A stretch of 64,000 bases of DNA from a bacterium (GTDB taxonomy: Bacteria > Campylobacterota > Campylobacteria > Campylobacterales > Sulfurovaceae): NCBI GenBank assembly GCA_018822805.1, contig JAHJJU010000101.1, positions 1,956 to 65,955 of the forward strand. Direction: 5' to 3'. Below the pieces are notes generated by a model, which worked only from the letters and a program-made list of their open reading frames with translations, ran no database searches and was not told where the DNA came from. Position 1 is the first letter of the stretch; each line of letters starts with the position of its first letter. This document shows positions 40,132 through 50,287 of this stretch, piece after piece. The translations under genes were made by a program, and so were the position numbers.

Positions 40132-41116
40132 TTAACGCTCCTAAAATTTTCATCCGTCCAAACCCTCTCGTCGTCATTCCACCAACTCCTAAACTCTCAT
40201 AGTATTGTTTAGAATCATTTAAAGCGTTAAATATATCATCTAAATTTAGCAGACCATTATCTCTTTGAAATCCTCTCACTTCCCCACAAAAAATAGTACC
40301 TCTAGGTATTGCTTCAGAAGTAAACAATGCAGTATCCTTAGCTGCTCCTGTGATGGGGTCGATGGAGACAGAGGTACGCACTTCTAGGTTAGCGTTGATA
40401 ATTTGAGAAATAAGAGAATCGGGTACAATGATGATGTCGTCAAGTTTTAATTTACTACTTTGTAAATCACTATCTTCTAAATTGTGTTGTCTTTGAACTT
40501 CTAAGTTTAACCACCCTAAATTAAGATACTTTTCATCACCTTTAGAGGTTAGTATTTTATTTTCTTGGATTGCTATATCTTTATCTAAAAGCTTTGGTGA
40601 AGTTATCCATTTAACACCCAATCTCGTATAAACAGGGAAAAACAAAATATTCAAATCACTAAAAAAGAGCATTCCTTGATTGGATAAATCTTTTTTGGAA
40701 AATCCAAACGATTTACAAACGATACAATGACCACAGTGACCTAACTTTTCTTTTGACTCTTCTAATGTACTTTCTGCTTCATCATCTTGACCAGCACATT
40801 TAATCGCTGAAAAACGATTACCATTAAAATTTTTCATCCACTCTTTTGGAGCGTTAAAAAGCTCTTGAATGTTCTCTTTTTTCTCTTCTCTTTTTTTTCT
40901 ATCTTGTTTGTACTCATCTTTAAAACTACTTTGCAACTCCAACGCCACATAATATCGCCAAGTTCCTGCCATACTACTACCAGGAATTTTGGGTATGCGA
41001 GTGATGGGGTCTCGTACGATGGTATTATCGACTCTACCAATAGTGAACCCACCTGTACCGATATGAATGGGGTCGATTGCCATTGCTATAATTTTTTTGC
41101 TTTCTACACTGCTCAT
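40118..41116 (-). CDS. cmr4: CRISPR Cas7-group RAMP Cmr4
   Basis: PIHIGTG..RVDNTIVRD..PKIPGSSMAG, RTSVSID, LFTSEAIPRGT and LGVGGMTTRGFG; Cys-rich insertion. Confidence 0.85.
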   Translation of the reverse strand: MSSVESKKIIAMAIDPIHIGTGGFTIGRVDNTIVRDPITRIPKIPGSSMAGTWRYYVALELQSSFKDEYKQDRKKREEKKENIQELFNAPKEWMKNFNGNRFSAIKCAGQDDEAESTLEESKEKLGHCGHCIVCKSFGFSKKDLSNQGMLFFSDLNILFFPVYTRLGVKWITSPKLLDKDIAIQENKILTSKGDEKYLNLGWLNLEVQRQHNLEDSDLQSSKLKLDDIIIVPDSLISQIINANLEVRTSVSIDPITGAAKDTALFTSEAIPRGTIFCGEVRGFQRDNGLLNLDDIFNALNDSKQYYESLGVGGMTTRGFGRMKILGALNEKS

Positions 41117-41118
41117 TG

Positions 41119-43815
41119 TTATATCTCCTTTAGTGTTGTATGATAATATGCGAACATATCAAGAAATTTTGTTATCTCTTTAAAACTACAATCATTTATC
41201 CCAAACTGTAATAACTCGATGTTCTCTTTTTTAAATGTTGTTTTGATAAAGCGTTCAAAGCTATCTTCTTCATCTTTCCAATCCTCCATCTTGCTATAGA
41301 TGAGGCTCACCAGTGTTTGAAGTTGATTGCTTTTGTTGGCAAATTGCTCTTTGAAGCGTTTAAATTGTTCCCACTCTTGCCAACTATAAGGGCGATTGGA
41401 TTTAAGCTCAATCGTTCGTTTACCACTCTTATAAAAAATATCATTTCGCCTACTGTTGGTATCGAGAAATTCAAAATCTATAGTGTTAAGATAAATTGTG
41501 AAGTTATCAGTAGTGTTGTATTTTTTGATTCCTTTACTTGATGGCAAAAGTGAAAAATCATACTCTTGATTATCTGTTTCATAAAGAGAGTAGAAATCTT
41601 GTGAATTATTATTGCTCTCTTTTACATCAAAATAAGAACTCAACTCTTTTAATTTTTCATTTGTACTTATTTCACTCCAATTTTTGACATCTCGGCGTAT
41701 ATTTCGCAAAGCTTTGATACCTACATAAAGAGGTTTTTTATAGTTTTGCACCACCACACCGATATGAAGTGGCAATTTACCATTGACATATTTGAAGTTT
41801 TGATAATAGAGCTTTTGGATTTTGTCGATAGTACACTCTAACTTTTCTGTTGGGATAATAAACTGCCAAGAGATAGGTGTGGGGTCGATGATGGAGAAGT
41901 ATTGTTTGTAAAATTCTTCCTTGATTTGTGATTCTAAATTTGCAAAATCTGGAACTTTTTGTACAAAACCTTTTTTTGTTCTAATTGTTTGAATACTCCC
42001 CAAAACATCATTTTTCACCTCATCAAAAAATCCTTCTGTACTCTCCCACACTCTTCGTAGCCTTGCAGGTGATGGGTTTTTTCGTAGGAGGAATTGTAAA
42101 ACTATTTTAGATAAAAAATTAAATTCATCATCAGTTAAAGTATCCCATTCAATTATTCTATTTTGAAAGTTAATTTTATTATTTACACCATCTTTGAGAA
42201 AATTTTCATAAATTGTGCCTATGGCTCTTTCGATAAACCAAGTTTCTACAACTTTTCTTAGTGGTTGATTAACTGGAATATTTTCACTGTAATTTTTGAT
42301 ATATAAAGTGTCATTTAATTCCTTGGCATCTTTTAATACAGCATAAATATCATTTACATAATCCTGATATCTTAATTGAGTCAAATCCAACTGTTGTCCC
42401 AATAAACTACTAAGTAAACTACCATTTAACCACTCAATAAGTTCAAATTTCAAAGTAACCATTGCTACACGGTTATTTTTATCAGCTAATTCACCTATCC
42501 AAATTGTTTCACCATCTTGTTTATTAAGCCACTTCTCAACTCGTCCTTGTTTTCTATTTTGGCAAATCTCGCACATAGGTATATCATCATTTGTTTTAGT
42601 TGCAAATCTACTTTGACAAACTTGGCAAATACCTATTGCATCTTCAATCTCATTGGGATTTTCTTTTTTTGAATAATCGGCTTTTAGGAAGTTTTCTTTA
42701 GCTTTTTCTAAAAAAGTAGTTAAATTCATTGTGGCTCGAGTAGGCTTACTTAAAAGAATCGCAGGATAAAATTCATCATTGGTAGTAGTATGAAAAATAT
42801 CTAAAATCTTATTTTTTATTTCATCTAAATCTGTATGCAGTTCATAAAAATCTCCATTTTCAACACCTTTTAAATTTTCGGAAACTAAAAAGTAAATCCC
42901 TGTTTCATCTCTATAAACTTCATTACCTAAAGCATATTTATTTTCAATCAAATTTTTTAATTTCAAATCAATTATTTTAGTCATTTTTCGATAAGTTTGA
43001 ATATGAGCAGGTTTGAGTCCTTTTTCTGCTAAAGAGAGTTTATCGTATTGGATTGCTAATATGCTCCAATTTATTTTTGATAAGTCATAATTATTGGTAT
43101 TGATTGGTTGTAAGTAAACTCCTGCTAAAAGTGCTTTGAACATTGAAGTTGCCATATAGGCTTGATCCCAAAGGGTTGTATCGTTGAGTGGAAATCTCGT
43201 ATCAGATGGTAAGTTTTTGTAAAGATTCTCAATAATGCTTAGAATTTTCTTTCTATCACTATAAAAATTAAAATCCGTTGTAGATAGCCTATTGAGTAGA
43301 ATGGTAATATCATTTGTATAAAGATTACGAGCTTCATCAAATAAATTGGGATTAGCCGTAGATTTAAAAGAACCAAAACTATTACTAAGCCAAGAATAAT
43401 CTCCTATAATTTGTTCTTTTGGACTTCCCTTTTCTATACCAGAATTTAACCCCTCGGAAGCACCGTAGAGTTTTTGTAAAATTTTTAATTGACTTGTAAT
43501 TTGATGAGGATTATTCCCTCTCCATTTTCGCCAATCTTTAAAAAAGTGTTGCCATAGATTTATTTCATTTTGATTTTGAGTATAGTTTGTCATTAATTTG
43601 GAAACATCTATTTTAATATTTTGAAAAGTAGTTTCTAAAATACTCTTTATTTCTTGATTTTGATTCTCATATAAAGCTGTTTCACAACTAAAATATCCAT
43701 TCTTTTTCCACCAACTCAAAAAAGTTTTTTCAATCAAAAATAGCAAACTCCCAATCTCAGCCTTTAAAATCTCATCTTTATTATCTGTTAAATCATTTAC
43801 ATTCATTTTTATCAC
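41119..43815 (-). CDS. cas10: Cas10-family large subunit (Csx11/III-C type) with no HD and no GGDD motif
   Basis: SDTRFPLNDTTLWDQAYM, LGNEVYRDETGIYF, CQVC..CEIC zinc finger, KNPSPARLRRVW, GKLPLHIG and DFEFLDT motifs of Csx11-like proteins. Confidence 0.82.
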   Translation of the reverse strand: MIKMNVNDLTDNKDEILKAEIGSLLFLIEKTFLSWWKKNGYFSCETALYENQNQEIKSILETTFQNIKIDVSKLMTNYTQNQNEINLWQHFFKDWRKWRGNNPHQITSQLKILQKLYGASEGLNSGIEKGSPKEQIIGDYSWLSNSFGSFKSTANPNLFDEARNLYTNDITILLNRLSTTDFNFYSDRKKILSIIENLYKNLPSDTRFPLNDTTLWDQAYMATSMFKALLAGVYLQPINTNNYDLSKINWSILAIQYDKLSLAEKGLKPAHIQTYRKMTKIIDLKLKNLIENKYALGNEVYRDETGIYFLVSENLKGVENGDFYELHTDLDEIKNKILDIFHTTTNDEFYPAILLSKPTRATMNLTTFLEKAKENFLKADYSKKENPNEIEDAIGICQVCQSRFATKTNDDIPMCEICQNRKQGRVEKWLNKQDGETIWIGELADKNNRVAMVTLKFELIEWLNGSLLSSLLGQQLDLTQLRYQDYVNDIYAVLKDAKELNDTLYIKNYSENIPVNQPLRKVVETWFIERAIGTIYENFLKDGVNNKINFQNRIIEWDTLTDDEFNFLSKIVLQFLLRKNPSPARLRRVWESTEGFFDEVKNDVLGSIQTIRTKKGFVQKVPDFANLESQIKEEFYKQYFSIIDPTPISWQFIIPTEKLECTIDKIQKLYYQNFKYVNGKLPLHIGVVVQNYKKPLYVGIKALRNIRRDVKNWSEISTNEKLKELSSYFDVKESNNNSQDFYSLYETDNQEYDFSLLPSSKGIKKYNTTDNFTIYLNTIDFEFLDTNSRRNDIFYKSGKRTIELKSNRPYSWQEWEQFKRFKEQFANKSNQLQTLVSLIYSKMEDWKDEEDSFERFIKTTFKKENIELLQFGINDCSFKEITKFLDMFAYYHTTLKEI

Positions 43816-44695
43816 TCCAAAAGCACTCTATTTTTATATCTTGACTTTTTCCCCAACCAAGTTTGGTTTTTGCACCAATGCCATTGTTTAGAGCTTTATT
43901 TATGCAGTTTTTTAAAAATTCTAAATCAGCCTTAGCCTCTTTTTCGATTTTCTCCTTACTCTCTAAAACAGCATCAAAGGGAATATAAACAATCTGCAAT
44001 TCTGATGTAGTCCCTTTGGGTACGACTTCATAATGGATAGGATTGGTTCCTGCTTTGGTTTTACGGTTATGAGGATTGATGATTTCAAGTGAAAGCTTGT
44101 CAAAATAAGTAGCGTAAAAGATGGCTCTGCCTTTCGCTGCTTTACTCTTTTTATACTTTTTAAAAATACTTTTCACATCTTCATTGACATCTATTATCAA
44201 GCCATTGAGCATAAAAAAGAGTTTAAAGTCATCATCATTCACCTTATCCACCACATTTTCAAATGCTTCTCCACCGACACCAAAGAGCCTAAAATAACTC
44301 TCTAGCTCTTCATAGCCTTTAACCAACTCTCTAGCACTACTTAACAATGCCCCTTTCCACCCACTCCCTCGCATCATTGGAACTTTAAAAACCTTTTCTT
44401 TTAAGCAAGGATTATTGATGATATAAAACTCATCGTCATCACTTGAATAATAGGGAGCTTGAAGAGTAAAGGTGGTTTGAAGTGCAAAGGAGTTTGGAAT
44501 AGAGATTTTGATAAGCTCTTTTGTATCTACTTTGAGTAATTTTTCTAGCTTTTGTTTGTCGCCCAATTGATAGGTTTTATTTGATTTAATAGAGTTTTTA
44601 AAAGTTGGTAGATTTGTATCCTTCTTTTCAAACCCATATTTGAGTTTTAAAAAAGTATTGTTGTGATTTTTATTTAAGATTGCTTCATAATTCAT
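43793..44695 (-). CDS. CRISPR Cas7-group RAMP (Cmr6-like)
   Basis: PMMRGSGWKGAL, LFG, IINPH..PIHYEVVPKG and GIGAKTKLGWG. Confidence 0.8.
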   Translation of the reverse strand: MNYEAILNKNHNNTFLKLKYGFEKKDTNLPTFKNSIKSNKTYQLGDKQKLEKLLKVDTKELIKISIPNSFALQTTFTLQAPYYSSDDDEFYIINNPCLKEKVFKVPMMRGSGWKGALLSSARELVKGYEELESYFRLFGVGGEAFENVVDKVNDDDFKLFFMLNGLIIDVNEDVKSIFKKYKKSKAAKGRAIFYATYFDKLSLEIINPHNRKTKAGTNPIHYEVVPKGTTSELQIVYIPFDAVLESKEKIEKEAKADLEFLKNCINKALNNGIGAKTKLGWGKSQDIKIECFWSDKNECK

Positions 44696-44708
44696 TTTTT
44701 AGCTCTTA

Positions 44709-45350
44709 TCATAGTTTTCTAATTCCCTGCTTATTGGTTTGACGATTCTTTTTAATATCATCTTGTTTATTTTTTTCATCAATTTCTTTATTTATTGCTA
44801 GTTGTGCTTGTATTCTTTTTGTATCATCTTCAGTTTTTTTTAGATTAGACTGTTTAATTTTGATTTTAAATTTTCCACCCTTTTGTTTTTTTTGACCTTT
44901 TCCAATATGTATTTCTTGCTTTTCTAGCCAAATTTTAAATTGATTGAATTCCTCTAAAAAATCATTGTCAATTAAAAAACTAACTGATTTTAAGGTAAAT
45001 TTATCTTTATCTGCTTCAATGGAATGAATAACTATCCGACTCTTCCACCTCGTACAGCCAAAAAGTTGTGATTCTAAAGATATTTCCTGTTCGTCAAGTA
45101 TCTCTTTAATATTTTTTTTACCTATTGATTTTTTAAATTTTTCATAATCAAGAATCTCATTAGGAACATTATTTACATTATCAAGTTTTGATAATTTAGC
45201 TGTATCATCTTTGTAACATTCACGAAAAGCAAACCGTAAACTCCCCATAATAGCCGTAGCTTTAAGCTCACTATTTTCACTCCATGCATCACCTGTCCAA
45301 ATAGGTGTTATGGTTTCAAACTCTATTGTTATCTCTTCTTGTTTTCTCAT
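44709..45350 (-). CDS. CRISPR RAMP (Cmr1-like), short
   Basis: ETITPIWTGDA, IMGSLRF and QLFGCTRWKSR; ATG overlaps the cas6 stop (TGATG); 213 aa with a Lys-rich tail. Confidence 0.72.
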   Translation of the reverse strand: MRKQEEITIEFETITPIWTGDAWSENSELKATAIMGSLRFAFRECYKDDTAKLSKLDNVNNVPNEILDYEKFKKSIGKKNIKEILDEQEISLESQLFGCTRWKSRIVIHSIEADKDKFTLKSVSFLIDNDFLEEFNQFKIWLEKQEIHIGKGQKKQKGGKFKIKIKQSNLKKTEDDTKRIQAQLAINKEIDEKNKQDDIKKNRQTNKQGIRKL

Positions 45351-46018
45351 CACGCCACAACCTCCAAAAATCCTAAATTTTTCATGGTGTCTTTTCCCAT
45401 GCCTATGGCTAACAACATATTGAGCATTTTCGTACTTGCTTTTATGTGATAGATAGCGAACCAAGATTTGATGGGTTGTTTACTGTAAAAAAAGAGTTTT
45501 GGTTGCTCTTTTTGGTAAACGACTTCTATTTCAAAGGTATCTTGATAGGGTTCATTAAAAAAGGTTTCATATTTTTGTAGGGCGTTGTTTTTGATAATCT
45601 CTTGAAACTTTGAGGTTTTGGGTTCTATGTATATTTTTCGTTTTTCATTGTTGCCATCTTTTATATCGACTGCTACGAAACCTTTTACTTTTAACGCATC
45701 TTTGGTGGTGGTTTTATCAACAAGTTGCACCGAGGTATCGGTAATGGTTACTTCTCCGAGTTTGAGTCCATTGGTCAAGACTGCTTGGGCTAAGCGTCTT
45801 TCATTTTGTGGGTCAAGTGAGGTAAATTCTATGGTTAAACTATAATCATAATAACCCACTCTAAAGTTAAGAGCTTTAAAGATTTTGCCACTGCTGTGTT
45901 GCTCTCCTTTATGTTCTTTGTCATCAAGATTGGTATAGATAAACGATTGTGTCAGTTTAGCCAACACCCGTTTAATGGGCAGGTTCTTAGTCGGAATTTT
46001 AGAGCTTATTTTTAACAT
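45350..46018 (-). CDS. cas6: CRISPR-associated endoribonuclease Cas6
   Basis: C-terminal G-rich loop GMGKDTMKNLGF; first gene of the operon, next to the leader; start set at MLKISS with upstream RBS. Confidence 0.8.
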   Translation of the reverse strand: MLKISSKIPTKNLPIKRVLAKLTQSFIYTNLDDKEHKGEQHSSGKIFKALNFRVGYYDYSLTIEFTSLDPQNERRLAQAVLTNGLKLGEVTITDTSVQLVDKTTTKDALKVKGFVAVDIKDGNNEKRKIYIEPKTSKFQEIIKNNALQKYETFFNEPYQDTFEIEVVYQKEQPKLFFYSKQPIKSWFAIYHIKASTKMLNMLLAIGMGKDTMKNLGFLEVVA

Positions 46019-46241
46019 TTTTTGCCTTCTTTTTTGTAAAAAACATATTGATGTGACACGTATTATAACCAAAAGAAGAAGCAAAAAAATCTAATGTCTC
46101 TTTTTAAAGCTATATTTAAGTTTCAAAGAATCATTGTTTTTAGGGCTTTTCTATTTTGTTTATTTTAAATTAAGTCTATTTTAAGTATAATTCAATGTTC
46201 AAATTTTAAATAAAAGCCCAATTTTACGGCTTTTTCTTGCT
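46019..46241. promoter_or_regulatory. CRISPR leader / divergent promoter region
   Basis: AT-rich non-coding segment; TATAAT on minus (46062-46067, toward cas6) and on plus (46186-46191, toward the array). Confidence 0.6.
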
Positions 46242-49200
46242 ATTTGAATTTGCCCTTTTAGGGTTTGAAACGTATGGTGCTAATGTTATTATAACTAAAA
46301 TCACATTCTATTTGAATTTGCCCTTTTAGGGTTTGAAACGTGCTACTGGTTTTTGTGTTTTGTGAAAAGTTTTACCATTTGAATTTGCCCTTTTAGGGTT
46401 TGAAACTCAGATAAAGACTTTTTGATTTTCCCTTTTTCTGATTTGAATTTGCCCTTTTAGGGTTTGAAACCAAGAGCTAGAAGAGGGTAGAGAGTATAAA
46501 GAAATTATTTGAATTTGCCCTTTTAGGGTTTGAAACAGAGTCCAAAAACTATAATACCGACAACCCCACCAATTTGAATTTGCCCTTTTAGGGTTTGAAA
46601 CTAAACATTGTATGTGAAGAGAACGGGTATGAGCCTAATTTGAATTTGCCCTTTTAGGGTTTGAAACCAGATGATACCTTGAGTGATTGGGAACAGCTTG
46701 GAACATTTGAATTTGCCCTTTTAGGGTTTGAAACGACTGAGAACAGATGGGGGTGATAACTATATTGTAATTTGAATTTGCCCTTTTAGGGTTTGAAACG
46801 TGACCATTTCATATCCAGTAGGGATTGAGCCATAATTTGAATTTGCCCTTTTAGGGTTTGAAACAAATATCTGAATAATTAAGCAAAATTTACCCTTTAA
46901 TTTGAATTTGCCCTTTTAGGGTTTGAAACGAAGAGGTTGAAGAGTACAAGTCTTTCTCTGAGATATTTGAATTTGCCCTTTTAGGGTTTGAAACACGTTG
47001 GTTTTGTTCATACACTTCTAACTCTAAGTATTTGAATTTGCCCTTTTAGGGTTTGAAACAATTTTCAATTCTAGTAAGTTCTCCATCGAACCAAATTTGA
47101 ATTTGCCCTTTTAGGGTTTGAAACAATTCCATCACAGATGCTGTAAATACAGCCAACTCAATTTGAATTTGCCCTTTTAGGGTTTGAAACTACGGTTGCA
47201 TCGTATATGATTTCACATCGTGTCGAATTTGAATTTGCCCTTTTAGGGTTTGAAACGTTAGTGTAGAGTAGTTCATAATGATTCCTTTAGTTAATTTGAA
47301 TTTGCCCTTTTAGGGTTTGAAACAAGACGCTAACTAAATAGCATCTTCTTCTGTTGCTGGATTTGAATTTGCCCTTTTAGGGTTTGAAACGTAAAATTTT
47401 TACTAAATCGTTCATAGTTTTCACCTCATTTGAATTTGCCCTTTTAGGGTTTGAAACAAAAGTATAATCACAGAGAGTATCTGTGAAAAAAATTTGAATT
47501 TGCCCTTTTAGGGTTTGAAACAAAAAGAAAATTCATTACAATCAGTAGTGAACGATCATTTGAATTTGCCCTTTTAGGGTTTGAAACCAAATACTGCATT
47601 AGCAATCTTAGCTTGTTCTTCAGATTTGAATTTGCCCTTTTAGGGTTTGAAACTTTTTAAGGGGTCTATGTACTAACCCCTCAACATATTTGAATTTGCC
47701 CTTTTAGGGTTTGAAACAATCTAGTCTATAGATTTGCGGAAGAATCCATGAAAATTTGAATTTGCCCTTTTAGGGTTTGAAACTTTAAATCTAAGAAAAT
47801 TTGATGTGGTATTCCAAAGATTTGAATTTGCCCTTTTAGGGTTTGAAACCTCATTTTCTTACCTTGTGTTTTATTTGTTTTATCTATTTGAATTTGCCCT
47901 TTTAGGGTTTGAAACTAGCCACATGTATCTTTTGCTCGTGAAAATTTGGTTAAATTTGAATTTGCCCTTTTAGGGTTTGAAACTCCTGTGTCGTCGACGC
48001 ATCAGAATCAATATCGTGATTTGAATTTGCCCTTTTAGGGTTTGAAACCATAAAGCCGTGAACATCTTGAACTCTGCAAGTGTATTTGAATTTGCCCTTT
48101 TAGGGTTTGAAACATCCCTAATTTGTTGGTGTACCAATGGTACTGGTATATTTGAATTTGCCCTTTTAGGGTTTGAAACTAGTTACATAGTGTATTTTAC
48201 CCTTACATTATATTATATTTGAATTTGCCCTTTTAGGGTTTGAAACGCTCTACATTGTAAGACTCTTCAATCTCCTCTATTTGAATTTGCCCTTTTAGGG
48301 TTTGAAACTGAAAATTTCTGTGAAGAAAATTCTAAAGAAGATATTTGAATTTGCCCTTTTAGGGTTTGAAACCTCTTGAAGCAGAAGCTGCACTTTCAGG
48401 AAGATATATTTGAATTTGCCCTTTTAGGGTTTGAAACAATAGTTTTCGCCAGTAAGTGAACCTTCAACAACTTATTTGAATTTGCCCTTTTAGGGTTTGA
48501 AACTCGCTTCATTAAAGCATAAACTATATATTTAACGTATTTGAATTTGCCCTTTTAGGGTTTGAAACTCATTTTGGTGAACTCCATTTTCTCACAATAG
48601 TTGATTTGAATTTGCCCTTTTAGGGTTTGAAACTCGTAGTTACTTGACGGCCCATATGTCCCTGATTTTATTTGAATTTGCCCTTTTAGGGTTTGAAACG
48701 TTTGAAAATACCAAAGAGGTACAGTCAGTACTTCAATTTGAATTTGCCCTTTTAGGGTTTGAAACATCTCTTTCAGCTCTGCATCACTGCAAAGCACCTG
48801 CATTTGAATTTGCCCTTTTAGGGTTTGAAACGGAGGAAAACTCCCAGTGTCGTATGAAAGTGCCGAGAATTTGAATTTGCCCTTTTAGGGTTTGAAACAC
48901 TTTATATTACGATGTTTAGCGACCATCTCGACAATTTGAATTTGCCCTTTTAGGGTTTGAAACCTAAATTTAAAAGCTTATTCCCATCGAAATTTAATAT
49001 TTGAATTTGCCCTTTTAGGGTTTGAAACTAACCTTCCCTAAGTTTACTGTTAGATCTTAGAGTATTTGAATTTGCCCTTTTAGGGTTTGAAACATTTCCC
49101 ATCCTGCCCAAATGGCTACGGCTTGTTTTATTTGAATTTGCCCTTTTAGGGTTTGAAACCTGAATGTTATGGTGGAGTATGCTACATTTATATATTTGAA

Positions 49201-50073
49201 TTTGCCCTTTTAGGGTTTGAAACGCCGAACTGTTAGCAGCATGTTGTCTCATATTATATTATTTGAATTTGCCCTTTTAGGGTTTGAAACGGACTGAATA
49301 CGTCTGAAGTAATAAAGACAGTAGGTATTTGAATTTGCCCTTTTAGGGTTTGAAACGGTAATACTGCTACAGGTGCTAGAGGTGCTTTAGATTTGAATTT
49401 GCCCTTTTAGGGTTTGAAACAGGCTTCTATTCTAGTAAGTTCTCCATCGAACCAACCATTTGAATTTGCCCTTTTAGGGTTTGAAACCTAAATGTAGCAT
49501 ATGCTACTGCCATAATGGCTACATTTGAATTTGCCCTTTTAGGGTTTGAAACAAAATAGCAAGTGATTTACAAGTGCAATTCACCAAATTTGAATTTGCC
49601 CTTTTAGGGTTTGAAACTATAAAATTGGTGAACTAAAATAAGAGCAAATCGATTTGAATTTGCCCTTTTAGGGTTTGAAACAAAATGGACTGGAGCTTGA
49701 GTATGAACTTTAGTAGATTTGAATTTGCCCTTTTAGGGTTTGAAACACGCCAGTACGGTAACGTTAAAAGCAGAGGCATTATTTGAATTTGCCCTTTTAG
49801 GGTTTGAAACTCTCGCTATAGTTTTCATTTTTCATTCTAAAATTAATTTGAATTTGCCCTTTTAGGGTTTGAAACACTTCAGCACCAGCACCAACAAATA
49901 CATCAGGATTTATATTTGAATTTGCCCTTTTAGGGTTTGAAACGCATCTCCATATCGTCATGAAGTCCAATCGTAGGAATTTGAATTTGCCCTTTTAGGG
50001 TTTGAAACGCAATTGATGGAGAAGACACATACTCAAATGTTTCATTTGAATTTGCCCTTTTAGGGTTTGAAAC
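46242..50073 (+). CRISPR. CRISPR array, 59 identical 30-bp repeats ATTTGAATTTGCCCTTTTAGGGTTTGAAAC with 58 internal spacers of about 32-38 nt, plus a 59th spacer and a 6-nt partial repeat to 50114
   Basis: Counted by hand from 46242 to 50044; repeat has a CCCT-TTT-AGGG hairpin and a 3' GAAAC end, which sets the orientation. Confidence 0.98.
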
Positions 50074-50122
50074 GTCTCTTCGGACAACGCAGGTGAATGT
50101 TATGATTGATTTGATATATTAA

Positions 50123-50180
50123 TGGTCGATAAATCGACCAAAAAATTATGGCTACAATGGTGCAATAAATTGCACCCTAC
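50123..50180 (-). repeat. REP-like palindrome cluster at the array trailer
   Basis: TGGTCGATAAATCGACCA (50123-50140) and, on minus, GTAGGGTGCAATTTATTGCACC (50159-50180). Confidence 0.65.
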
Positions 50181-50287
50181 AAGTTCTCTCACAGCTTCAT
50201 CATAGATCAGTCTAACCTCCCTAACCCATCACACCTCAAATTTAAACAATATCTGATAAAATTTCAGCACTAAAACAAGGTAGTAAA

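Noticed and set aside
47654-47687. Spacer 22 contains an AGGGGT/ACCCCT hairpin resembling the REP start
   Set aside because: Only about 7 nt are shared with any REP and there is no GTAG; not evidence of REP targeting.
48555-49252. ORFs at 48555..48803, 48644..48874 and 49028..49252
   Set aside because: They lie inside the CRISPR array; the recurring FQTLKGQIQI / FEFALLGFET peptides are translations of the repeat.
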